Virus record (IMG/VR): IMGVR_UViG_3300048856_000024
Span: 1-43,377 of that record
Reading direction: 5' to 3' (one strand)
From: a virus
Taxonomy: Duplodnaviria; Caudoviricetes
DNA: 43,377 nucleotides
Positions 35,633 through 43,377 of this stretch are shown piece by piece (the stretch's first letter is position 1; each line of letters opens with the position of its first letter). The notes under the pieces were generated by a model that saw nothing but the letters and a program-made list of their open reading frames with translations, had not been told where the DNA came from and ran no database searches. A program made the translations under genes and the position numbers.

Positions 35633-35715
35633 AGGTGCAATGGTCATCGGAGCTGGTGCATAGATCAAGAGACTGTCTCGTTGACAGTTATGCACTGGTG
35701 CATGATCATGTGCAT
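35627..35715. promoter_or_regulatory. OR operators with divergent pRM and pR
   Basis: ATGCATAGGTGCAA 35627, ATGCACTGGTGCAT 35690, plus half sites; pR TTGACA(35681)-17-GATCAT; pRM TTGATC-17-GACCAT on the minus strand. Confidence 0.75.
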
Positions 35716-35735
35716 ATCTACATAGGGGGGAAGCC

Positions 35736-35957
35736 ATGAGCGCTACCGATCTTCCGAATAAGTTGGATGCGTTGCTGGGCTCTGGCTGGACCTACAAAGC
35801 CATCGCAGAACGCGCCAAGTGTGACATCTCAACGATTTTCCGTATCCGTAATCGCCAGATCAGCAACCCGAGCTACATCGCGGGAACCGCTATCGACCAG
35901 ATGCATGAGGAACTCGCAAAAACCAAGAGGCACGGCACCAAGAACTCTGCCGCTTGA
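35736..35957 (+). CDS. cro: Cro-like repressor
   Basis: WTYKAIAERAKCDISTIFRI HTH; divergent from cI. Confidence 0.85.
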   Translation: MSATDLPNKLDALLGSGWTYKAIAERAKCDISTIFRIRNRQISNPSYIAGTAIDQMHEELAKTKRHGTKNSAA

Positions 35958-36008
35958 GTAAGTGAATTATCCCCAAGGGGGAGCCCGCAGGGCAGGGCGT
36001 TGAGATGG

Positions 36009-36024
36009 CTGTTGATGCATCCAG
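36009..36024. promoter_or_regulatory. LexA-like box
   Basis: Minus strand TA-CTGGATGCATCAACAG, CTG-N10-CAG. Confidence 0.6.
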
Positions 36025-36042
36025 TACTCAAATTTCAGGCAC

Positions 36043-36071
36043 AAAAAAGCCGGTGGCTAGACCGGCTTCTT
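36043..36071. terminator. Bidirectional terminator (stronger leftward)
   Basis: A6-GCCGGT-GGCTAG-ACCGGC-TTCTT. Confidence 0.7.
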
Positions 36072-36094
36072 CAACAACACTTGTGAGGTCGATT

Positions 36095-36847
36095 ATGCAT
36101 ATCACTCCGGAACAAGGCAACACCGGGCAGGCTGTCGCGCCAGCATCAGCGGACCCCGGAAAACTGACTCGACAGGTCATGTCGTCGCGCGAGATCGCAG
36201 AGCTGACCGCCAAGCAGCATTTTCATGTGAAGCGCGACATCGAAAAGATGCTCGCGGACCTCAGTGAAGATACATCCGAATTTGGATGCACCTACCGCGA
36301 CGGGCAGAACCGCAAGCAAACCGAATACCTGCTCGACCGCGAGCACACAGACTGCCTGCTTACCGGCTATAGCGCCGAGCTACGCATGAGGGTGATCCGC
36401 CGCTGGCGAGAGCTCGAAGGGCAGGTGATTGGTCAGTTGCAAATTCCTTCGACGTTCGCCGAGGCGCTACGCCTGGCTGCCGATCAGGTCGAGCAGAATC
36501 GTCTGTTGCAAGGCGTCATCGACAAGCAAGCGCCGAAGGTGGCCGCCATCAATCGTTTGGCGAGTGCTGGCGGTGCGATCTGCATCAGTGACGCCGCAAA
36601 GCAACTCCAGCTGAGCCCGACCAAGCTCTTCGCATGGATGCAGCAGAACCGCTGGATCTTCCGCCGCGGTGGGACTGGTCGTTGGGTTGCATACCAGCCC
36701 CGCATCGCATCCGGCCTGATGGTGCACAAGGTCACCGCCCTGAAGCCTGACCCTGAAACAGGTGCTGACCGCGCCGCTTTCGATCCCCTCGTCACAACCA
36801 AAGGGCTGGCGCTGCTGGCCGAAAAGAATATTGGAGCCTCGCTGTGA
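36095..36847 (+). CDS. Rha-family / KilAC (ANT) antirepressor
   Basis: GAGG RBS; MSSREIAELT.K.H.HVKRDI, TGYS.ELR..VI.RW.ELE, P.TFAEALRLAAD, I..AAK.L, VT.KG. Confidence 0.88.
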   Translation: MHITPEQGNTGQAVAPASADPGKLTRQVMSSREIAELTAKQHFHVKRDIEKMLADLSEDTSEFGCTYRDGQNRKQTEYLLDREHTDCLLTGYSAELRMRVIRRWRELEGQVIGQLQIPSTFAEALRLAADQVEQNRLLQGVIDKQAPKVAAINRLASAGGAICISDAAKQLQLSPTKLFAWMQQNRWIFRRGGTGRWVAYQPRIASGLMVHKVTALKPDPETGADRAAFDPLVTTKGLALLAEKNIGASL

Positions 36848-37644
36848 GCGTTCAAGCAATGTCCTGGGCGCTTCAAATCCCCACGACAACACTTTCTGAT
36901 TCCAGCGCGCGGCATGTGCTGTTGTGCCTGGCGAACTACGCCGGTACTGATGGTCGCGGTGCATTCCCATCTGCTGGCACGTTGAGCGATGACACCGGTC
37001 TTTCCGAGCGCACCGTGCGCGCCAAGCTTGAGCTACTGCGCGAGTCTGGCCTGATCGTTCAGGGCAACCAGGCACTGGCTGCCGTGTACATCGAGCGCCA
37101 TGACCGCCGGCCCGTTGTGTATGACCTTCCACTTAAGCGGGGTGCAAATCCTGCACCTCGTTCGGAACGGGGTGCAGACAACCGCACGGGGTGCAATCCA
37201 CAGCAGAGCGGGGTGCAGATTTCGGCAGAACGGGGTGCGAAATCTGCACCCAATACGTCACTTAACCATCAATTAACCGAAGAGCAGCAGCAGCGCGAGA
37301 TTTCGGATGGGGTTGCCGAGCAGGATCGGCAGGCCCTGGACGCACAAGACGACCGTCAACGCTTCGCCATGTTCGCCAGCTGGCAGCCGGCCGCAAAGCC
37401 ACTGGCCGATCAGCTCACCATCGCCGGGCTGCCAACCGCTTCGGTAACCGATGACCTTCTGTCCGGGTTCAAAGGGTTCTACGTCGCTCGCCAATCGACC
37501 GTCTACAACGCGGCGGGCTGGTGCTTCCAGCTGGTCAAGTGGATCAAGAACCAGCGCACCAAGGCTGCCGGTACTTCCTCGGCTGCTTCCACTGATGACT
37601 TCGACGATGACAGCACCGAATGGATGCCAGGAGTATCGAAATGA
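36844..37644 (+). CDS. Replication initiator (HTH_36 + DnaT-like domain)
   Basis: VLL.LANYA...G.AFPS..TL...TGLSERTV; internal iterons; RFAM...WQP. Confidence 0.88.
   Translation: MSVQAMSWALQIPTTTLSDSSARHVLLCLANYAGTDGRGAFPSAGTLSDDTGLSERTVRAKLELLRESGLIVQGNQALAAVYIERHDRRPVVYDLPLKRGANPAPRSERGADNRTGCNPQQSGVQISAERGAKSAPNTSLNHQLTEEQQQREISDGVAEQDRQALDAQDDRQRFAMFASWQPAAKPLADQLTIAGLPTASVTDDLLSGFKGFYVARQSTVYNAAGWCFQLVKWIKNQRTKAAGTSSAASTDDFDDDSTEWMPGVSK
37138..37251. repeat. Origin iterons
   Basis: CGGGGTGC(A/G) at 37138, 37168, 37187, 37209 and 37231, two forming GGTGC-N-GCACC palindromes. Confidence 0.8.
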
Positions 37645-38324
37645 GAGCAGTTTCTAACGTTGCCCTGACCGTGGTGGCTCATGTCCGCGACGGTGCTGTG
37701 ATGAGCCCAGAGCCAGCATCCGCCGTGACCCGCGAAGAGCGCGCAGCCGCAGTCGGCCAGATCATCAATCAGCTTTTCCGTGACCTCCGACTGGTATGCA
37801 CCGCTTGGCGGCAGGCGTGGCCGGATGAGAAGACCTACAAAGCGGCCAAGGCCACCTGGCTGCAAGCGTTCATCGAAAACGGCATCTGCACCCGGGAGCA
37901 GATCGACATGGGCCTGGCCCGCTGCCGCGCTGATGCCTCGGACTTCATCCCCAGCCCTGGCCGGTTCATCGCGGGTTGCATTCCCACTCCAGAGATGGTC
38001 GGCCTGCCGTCGGTTGAGGCGGCCTACGAGCAAGCCTTGCGCAACTGCCACCCGGCGATGCGAGGCAACGAAAAGTGGTTCCACCCGGCGGTATATCACG
38101 CGACGGCCGCCGCTGGATTCCACAGCTTGCCTCTGTTGAGCCGTGAGATGGGGCTGGCGAGTTTCACGAAGCGCTACCAGCTACAGGTGATCAAGGTTTG
38201 GCGCGGTGAGGATCTGGGCCCGCTGCCGGTTGCTGAGCTGCCTGCTCCGGCGCCGGTTCGTAACCCAAAAGTGGGTAACGCTGCTTTGGCCGAGCTGCGC
38301 GCTCGCCGAGTCGGGGGTGCCTGA
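37641..38324 (+). CDS. Replication protein P-like helicase loader
   Basis: W..AF.ENGI...EQI..G...CR.....F.PSPG.F...C. Confidence 0.85.
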   Translation: MRAVSNVALTVVAHVRDGAVMSPEPASAVTREERAAAVGQIINQLFRDLRLVCTAWRQAWPDEKTYKAAKATWLQAFIENGICTREQIDMGLARCRADASDFIPSPGRFIAGCIPTPEMVGLPSVEAAYEQALRNCHPAMRGNEKWFHPAVYHATAAAGFHSLPLLSREMGLASFTKRYQLQVIKVWRGEDLGPLPVAELPAPAPVRNPKVGNAALAELRARRVGGA

Positions 38325-38524
38325 TGACTGATCACCTGCTGCCCTCAGACCTTACGGAATACCGCTTCGCGCTGTACTGCCGCGCTCACGTGCTTGATCT
38401 GGCGTACGCCCCGGAGCAACCGGTGGCGCTCTACCGAGATGAGCAAGTTGCCAAGGCACACGGGGCTCGGATGTGGCCTTCCACCTTTACTGTTGTCGAT
38501 CTGGCCGGAGGCGACCACCCATGA
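38324..38524 (+). CDS. Hypothetical protein
   Basis: Translationally coupled on both sides. Confidence 0.7.
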   Translation: MTDHLLPSDLTEYRFALYCRAHVLDLAYAPEQPVALYRDEQVAKAHGARMWPSTFTVVDLAGGDHP

Positions 38525-38823
38525 GGCAAACCAAGCTGACCAAGGCTGCGCGCGGGCGCGAGTGCCAAATTCGCGTACCGGGTGTCTGCAATGGCAACCC
38601 CGATACCACAGTGCTGGCGCACTTCCGTTTGGCCGGCACGCGCTGCGGTACCGGACTGAAGCCGAACGACCTGCAGGCCGCGTGGGCGTGCAGCGCCTGC
38701 CATGACGCGGTCGATGGCCGGGGTAAGACTGAATTCAATCACCACGAACTCCGGGTCATGCACCTCGAAGGCGTGGTCCGCACGATCGACATCTTGGTCA
38801 GTGAAGGGAAGGTGGCTGCGTGA
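38521..38823 (+). CDS. DUF1364/YbcO-like nuclease
   Basis: ARGRECQIR.PGVCN..P.TTVLAH, CSACHD..DGR. Confidence 0.88.
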   Translation: MRQTKLTKAARGRECQIRVPGVCNGNPDTTVLAHFRLAGTRCGTGLKPNDLQAAWACSACHDAVDGRGKTEFNHHELRVMHLEGVVRTIDILVSEGKVAA

Positions 38824-39236
38824 TTCCATTCAAGCCCAAGCAAGTTCGTGCCAAACCCGTCGACCGCGAAGGGCAGGAGCAGGCCGCCCTGCTGGCGGAG
38901 CTGTCACTGCGGTACCCGGCGGTGGCGAAGCTGATGTACCACGTCCCGAACGGCGGTCACCGGCACAAGCTCGTGGCAACCAAACTGAAAGCCCAAGGTG
39001 TGAAGGCCGGAATACCTGACCTGGTACTGCCGATGGCGCGTGGCGGCCATTTCGGCCTGTACATCGAGTTCAAGGCCACGCCGCCGAATGACGCACCCGT
39101 TTCAGCCAGCCAGCATGCCTGCATTGAAATGCTGATCGAACAGGGTTACCTCGCGATCATCTGCCGTGGCCACTTCGACGCGATGGAGCAGATCCGCGCT
39201 TACCTGCGGCTCGCTCCGACAGTGGTGGCCGCATGA
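38820..39236 (+). CDS. VRR-NUC nuclease
   Basis: HVPNGG, GVKAGIPDL, LYIEFK, S.SQ. Confidence 0.9.
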   Translation: MIPFKPKQVRAKPVDREGQEQAALLAELSLRYPAVAKLMYHVPNGGHRHKLVATKLKAQGVKAGIPDLVLPMARGGHFGLYIEFKATPPNDAPVSASQHACIEMLIEQGYLAIICRGHFDAMEQIRAYLRLAPTVVAA

Positions 39237-40513
39237 GCAAGACCGGTATCGTTTCATTGTCTGACGCCGAGATCCGGCGGCAGGCCGCCAGCGGTGAGTT
39301 TGAGTCGATCAGGGATCCTCGTCACCCTGGGCTTTACCTGCGCTTCGATCTCACCCGCGAGCGCGGGACCTGGTATCTGGTGACTAAGAAGAAATGGAAC
39401 AAGATCGGCGGCTATCCAGCGCTCAGTTTCAAGGCGCTGGCCGGCGTCCTGCCTCAAATCCATGCTCGTCTGGCCGCTGACCCTGCTGCATCTGCGGCGG
39501 CAGGAACGCTGCAAACAGTGGGCGAACTGCTCGACTGGTACTCAGAGCGGCAATCACGCGACCGAAGCCTGTCCGACAAGCGCCGCACCTCGGCCAAATC
39601 GGCAATCCATTGCCACCTCAAGCCGCGGCTAGCGGACATGCTGATTGGCGATGTATCCCGGGCCTCCATCGACCGTGTTGCGATGTGGCCGATGCAGGAA
39701 GAGCTGTCGTTGTCCTACGTCCGGCTGATGTGGGGCGTGCTGGTGGTCGCGTTCAAGCAGGCCGAAAAGCTCAAGCTCATCGCGAGCAACCCCATCGCTG
39801 GCTTCAGGTTCACCGACTTCACCAAGGCAAAGATCCTGCCCAAGACTGCCAGGCTGCGAGGCGTCCAGATCGAGGGTCTGGTTCAGGCATTCGCTGACGG
39901 ATTCGATTCAAGCCCCATGGACTGCATGCTGGCTCTGTTGATGCTTGCTCACGGCACTCGCGTCGGTGAGACCCGGCAGGCCCGCTGGTCGCACTTCGCG
40001 ATTGCCGACGGCGGCGAGTGGTTCCTGCCAGCCGAGAACACCAAGACCCGGTGTGAGCATCGTCTACCGCTGACCGGGCAGGTCGTGGGGTTGCTGAAGC
40101 GCTACCGCCAATGGCAGGCCTCGAAAGGGTATCAGGGCACCTATCTGTTCCCGAGCAAGAACGGCCGCCCCATGACAGAGGGGCAGGCCTGCGCCGTGTT
40201 CACCCGGTTGGGGCAGGGTGAGTGGACCAGTCATGACCTTCGCAAGCTGGCTCGCACGGCGTGGACCGATCTGGGCGTCGACTACCTGATCGGCGAGATG
40301 CTGGTGAATCACACGCTTACTCGCAACGTGCAGACCTATATCCATACCCATGCCGAACTGCTGAAACGCGAGGCGCTGGAGAAGTGGCACCAGCGTTTAG
40401 ACGAATGCGGGTTTGCCCAGATCCATGGGTGGAAAGATGAAAGAAACGGAAATTCGCATATCCCTGCTCAGACCGCGCAATACGTGGCCTCTAGCGTTAT
40501 CCAGAATCCGTAA
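39233..40513 (+). CDS. Second tyrosine recombinase/integrase
   Basis: Arm-binding N-terminus (RDPRHPGLYLR), GTRVGE, NTKT, HDLRK, NH, TY catalytic set. Confidence 0.9.
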   Translation: MSKTGIVSLSDAEIRRQAASGEFESIRDPRHPGLYLRFDLTRERGTWYLVTKKKWNKIGGYPALSFKALAGVLPQIHARLAADPAASAAAGTLQTVGELLDWYSERQSRDRSLSDKRRTSAKSAIHCHLKPRLADMLIGDVSRASIDRVAMWPMQEELSLSYVRLMWGVLVVAFKQAEKLKLIASNPIAGFRFTDFTKAKILPKTARLRGVQIEGLVQAFADGFDSSPMDCMLALLMLAHGTRVGETRQARWSHFAIADGGEWFLPAENTKTRCEHRLPLTGQVVGLLKRYRQWQASKGYQGTYLFPSKNGRPMTEGQACAVFTRLGQGEWTSHDLRKLARTAWTDLGVDYLIGEMLVNHTLTRNVQTYIHTHAELLKREALEKWHQRLDECGFAQIHGWKDERNGNSHIPAQTAQYVASSVIQNP

Positions 40514-40532
40514 AAGGCGAGGTTTCAAAAGC

Positions 40533-40847
40533 ATGAAAAAGCAGCATGGCCCCGCCTTTCGCCGGGAACTGAAGCCTCTGATGGAGTGCAGCACCTGCCG
40601 AGGCGCGGGGAGCATCAGTGGCGTTTTCCATCAGCTGGACTGCATGGCTTGCAATGCGTCGGGCTGGGTCAGTCGTGACACCGGCGAGGCGCTGCCGCTC
40701 GAAGAGCTCGTACCTCAGCTGAACATGAAGCTGCGCAACGCGGTTGCCGATCTGGCCCAGGTGCGCCAGGCCATCGGCGGTGCTCAGCAGCAGTACGAAC
40801 AGAACAACCGCCGCGGTGCCGGTGGCACGAACTACACAGGGGATTGA
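40533..40847 (+). CDS. Zinc-finger (CxxCxGxG) hypothetical protein
   Basis: CSTCRGAG...CMACNASG. Confidence 0.75.
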   Translation: MKKQHGPAFRRELKPLMECSTCRGAGSISGVFHQLDCMACNASGWVSRDTGEALPLEELVPQLNMKLRNAVADLAQVRQAIGGAQQQYEQNNRRGAGGTNYTGD

Positions 40848-40849
40848 GC

Positions 40850-41524
40850 ATGGCCATCTATCGCAACGTATTGTCAGCTGTCGTGCGGGCTCTGGCAGCC
40901 GAAACTATCAACGGCGCCGGCGGATGTGACTTCGAGCCGAAGGTGCAGTCAGCCAAGCAGAAGGGCGAAATCGTCGGAAAGGAAGCGGCCTTCCTTGTGG
41001 ACTGCATGGTGTTCAGCCGGCTGCACAGGAACCTGAGCCCTGAGCACTGGCGTGCCCTGGTAGCGAAGTACTCCACGCACGACGAGCGCAAGCATGCGGC
41101 GATTCTGCAACTGATCAAGACTGTTCGGTCTCCAGCTCCTCAGCGTTTCCGCGAATGTGCGGTGCTGACTTGGGCCATTCCGCAGGTCGGCGGCAGGCAT
41201 GAGCCCTCCACTGTCGAGGTCGTGAGCCGCGAAGCCGAGGCAGTAGCCAGGAACAAGGCGCTCGTCGATTCATTTCAGAAGGATGGGCTGAAAGGCATGA
41301 ATGACACTGTAGACCGCAAGCAGACGCTCAAGCGCTCCACATCCGTACTGCCGGTCGCATGGTATGACATGACAAATTGGGGTAACGACGGCAAGCCGGA
41401 ATCGACCCGGTATCGCTGGCGTTCTGGCATCCGCAAGTCGCTTGAAGACCAGGTGAACGAAGCGCTTACTGCTGCCCACGACATACTCGAAGCGGAGGGG
41501 CTGATAGAAAATTGCGCCGCATAG
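40850..41524 (+). CDS. Putative late antiterminator (Q-like)
   Basis: Last delayed-early gene, before promoter-terminator and lysis genes; assignment by position. Confidence 0.55.
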   Translation: MAIYRNVLSAVVRALAAETINGAGGCDFEPKVQSAKQKGEIVGKEAAFLVDCMVFSRLHRNLSPEHWRALVAKYSTHDERKHAAILQLIKTVRSPAPQRFRECAVLTWAIPQVGGRHEPSTVEVVSREAEAVARNKALVDSFQKDGLKGMNDTVDRKQTLKRSTSVLPVAWYDMTNWGNDGKPESTRYRWRSGIRKSLEDQVNEALTAAHDILEAEGLIENCAA

Positions 41525-41534
41525 CAAAAAGCCA

Positions 41535-41566
41535 TTGCGCGTAGTGAGAAAGTGAGAGAGTATTTA
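41535..41566 (+). promoter_or_regulatory. Putative late promoter pR' with tandem repeat in the spacer
   Basis: TTGCGC-17-GAGTAT; AGTGAGA x2 in the spacer. Confidence 0.55.
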
Positions 41567-41602
41567 CCCATCATGTCGATCTTGCGCGTTATGAAGGCCG
41601 AC

Positions 41603-41632
41603 AAAAAAGCCCGGTTCTTGCCGGGCTTCTTT
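41603..41632. terminator. tR'-like bidirectional terminator
   Basis: A6-GCCCGG-TTCTTG-CCGGGC-TTCTTT. Confidence 0.75.
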
Positions 41633-41667
41633 ATGAGCGATCGGGCTGTGGCGTTGAGAATACGGTG

Positions 41668-41880
41668 ATGAATCTTTGGTACCTTTTCGGTGGGATATTT
41701 GCCGCTTGCATATGCGCCCCACACCTGCTCGATCTGCTTAAGAAGCTGCCTCAGACAGCCCAGAACATAATCGCCGCTATCCTATTCGCGCCGATGCTGC
41801 TCGGTATGGTTTGGGCCTTCTGGTTTCTGTTCACCGGTCAGGTGGATCCCTCATTCAATAGCGACTACATAAAGCGCTAA
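41668..41880 (+). CDS. Small two-TM membrane protein (moron)
   Basis: Two hydrophobic helices; lower GC; bracketed by terminators. Confidence 0.6.
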   Translation: MNLWYLFGGIFAACICAPHLLDLLKKLPQTAQNIIAAILFAPMLLGMVWAFWFLFTGQVDPSFNSDYIKR

Positions 41881-41916
41881 TCGCCATCCAGTGAGTTACA
41901 CCAACTGCCAAACCCC

Positions 41917-41948
41917 AAGCCCCGACTATGTTCGGGGCTTTTTCATTT
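41917..41948 (+). terminator. Intrinsic terminator
   Basis: AAGCCCCGA-CTATGT-TCGGGGCTT then TTTCATTT. Confidence 0.8.
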
Positions 41949-41960
41949 AAGGACCGAACG

Positions 41961-42332
41961 ATGGACCCGACCGACCTCGGCCCAGGCACAGCCACCTGGC
42001 TGGGCGGCACGGGCACTGTTTTGCTCGGCGGCTTCCTATGGCTGAGGAAGTTCCTCTCCAAGGATGCCGCTGACCGCGCAATGGACCATGCCGACATTGG
42101 CACCGTCCGCCGGCTGAACGAACTGCTCGACTCGGAGCGCCAGGCCCGCAAAGACGCCGAGGCCCGCGCTGACCAGTTCGCCAAGGAGCGCAACGAACTC
42201 GCCGCTGCCGTCGGTCGCATGGAGGGGAAAATCGAAGCCTTGACCGGCCACGTCGCCCAACTCACAGACAAGGTAACGAGCCAGAGCGCAGAGATTGCCC
42301 GGCTCCGTTCTCAGCTTGGAGGCGCCAACTGA
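41961..42332 (+). CDS. TM + coiled-coil protein, putative holin
   Basis: AAGGA RBS; one N-terminal TM; first late gene. Confidence 0.6.
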   Translation: MDPTDLGPGTATWLGGTGTVLLGGFLWLRKFLSKDAADRAMDHADIGTVRRLNELLDSERQARKDAEARADQFAKERNELAAAVGRMEGKIEALTGHVAQLTDKVTSQSAEIARLRSQLGGAN

Positions 42333-42670
42333 TGGACAGATGCGCAATGGAATTCATCGCTCGGCGCTGGTGGCGTCGGGTGGAAGTGTGGGTCATTGCC
42401 GGGTTGCTGGTGGCTGGCTCCTTTGCCTTGGGCTTCGGCGCCTCCCAGTGGTCTCTCGCCAGCTGGTACACACAGCAGGTTGCCGAGGTGCGCCGAGGCT
42501 ATGACGAAGCCACGGCACAGCGCGACATGCGTCTGAATAAGCTGGCCAAGACCGCGACTGATGCGGCCGTCAAGGTTGAGGCCGCATCAGCAACCGCGAC
42601 CCAGGCCGCTGACACAGCGAGCAAGGCTGCGGACAAGGTCAACGATGCCGTGAACCGGGCTGCACCATGA
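42332..42670 (+). CDS. Single-TM protein, putative lysis accessory/antiholin
   Basis: RRWWRR + TM + Ala-rich coil; coupled to the previous gene. Confidence 0.55.
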   Translation: MDRCAMEFIARRWWRRVEVWVIAGLLVAGSFALGFGASQWSLASWYTQQVAEVRRGYDEATAQRDMRLNKLAKTATDAAVKVEAASATATQAADTASKAADKVNDAVNRAAP

Positions 42671-42730
42671 GTGCGTGTGGCGGGTGTGCTGCTCGGCGCG
42701 AGTGGATAAAGAAGTGGAGCAGGGTGGCAT

Positions 42731-42907
42731 ATGAACGAGCACAGCAACTCCTTGCTAAGCCAGATCCTGGCCGAGCAGATCAAGCAGACAGCCCTGCTCG
42801 AGCGTATGGCGGACCAACAGCTGATGCTGATCCAGGCAATGGCCGATGAACCTGAAGACGCAGACGCTTTGCCAATGACCTACATGGATGGCACGCCATG
42901 CCCTTGA
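42731..42907 (+). CDS. 58-aa hypothetical protein (absent from ORF track)
   Basis: MNEHSNSLLSQILAEQ...TYMDGTPCP*; overlaps the HNH start. Confidence 0.6.
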   Translation: MNEHSNSLLSQILAEQIKQTALLERMADQQLMLIQAMADEPEDADALPMTYMDGTPCP

Positions 42908-43302
42908 GGCCACAGAAACCCTGCAATGCCCAAGGCTGCAACGTGCTGACCCGCAACCCTCGGTACTGCGAGTCGCATCAGCATCTGCTGAAGAGCCATG
43001 TCAGGGAGAAGCCACGCGAGACCAGCGCCGCCCGCGGCTACGGCTACAAGTGGCAGCAGGCCCGGGCCGGTTGGCTGGCCAAGCATCCGCTGTGCGTGCG
43101 TTGCCAGGTGCTAGGCCGTGTCACCGTGGCTACCGACGTGGACCACATCACGCCACATCGTGGTGACATGTCTCTGTTCTGGGATCGGACCAACTGGCAG
43201 TCCCTGTGCCACGCCTGCCACTCGGTCAAGACTGCCGCCGAAGATGGCGGATTCGGGAACGCCGCGCAGGTAAAAACAGAAAATCCTTGGGAAAACCGGT
43301 GA
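42898..43302 (+). CDS. HNH endonuclease (HK97 gp74-like packaging cofactor)
   Basis: RGY..KW, PLCVRC, VDHITPH, NWQSLCHACHSVKT; next to cos. Confidence 0.93.
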   Translation: MPLRPQKPCNAQGCNVLTRNPRYCESHQHLLKSHVREKPRETSAARGYGYKWQQARAGWLAKHPLCVRCQVLGRVTVATDVDHITPHRGDMSLFWDRTNWQSLCHACHSVKTAAEDGGFGNAAQVKTENPWENR

Positions 43303-43377
43303 AAACCGGCTGAATGCGAGCGAATCGCGTTCAGGGTAGGGGGAGGGTCAAAAGTCTGGAGCCTTCCGCTTCTAGAC

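Larger units (their letters stand above)
1..43377. mobile_element. Whole temperate siphophage genome (excised form, attP intact)
   Basis: All modules present; internal attP; ends fall between HNH and terS. Confidence 0.92.

Noticed and set aside
43311-43333. Fur box near cos
   Set aside because: Too divergent from GATAATGATAATCATTATC
1-43377. CRISPR array, DGR or retron
   Set aside because: No regularly spaced repeats, reverse transcriptase or TR/VR pair seen

Overview
Apparently the complete ~43.4 kb genome of a temperate, lambda/HK97-like cos-packaging siphophage. The host is most likely Pseudomonas, inferred from the tRNA-Ser attP core, LexA boxes, gene families and high GC. The sequence is opened at cos. 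Order: packaging and head (terS, terL, HK97 portal, ClpP-type protease, capsid); tail (with a -1 frameshift chaperone, tape measure, lambda M/L/K/I/J-like tip, low-GC tip genes, side fibre); an antisense O-acyltransferase moron; endolysin with nested spanins; small accessory genes; attP (3' part of tRNA-Ser UGA) with int/xis; a leftward early operon containing a C5 methyltransferase, rightward morons and long RNA hairpins; an immunity region (cI, cro, 14-bp operators, three LexA boxes genome-wide); Rha/antirepressor; O/P-like replication; a nin-like region with a second tyrosine recombinase; a Q-like gene with late promoter; putative holin genes; HNH. The most notable unexplained signals are a ~160-nt structured RNA closed by a perfect 20-bp stem inside a run of pL hairpins, a structured pL leader with boxA but no recognisable N, a second mirror-image set of att arm-like repeats, and two pairs of paralogous small accessory proteins. 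All calls come from reading the sequence; no searches were run.
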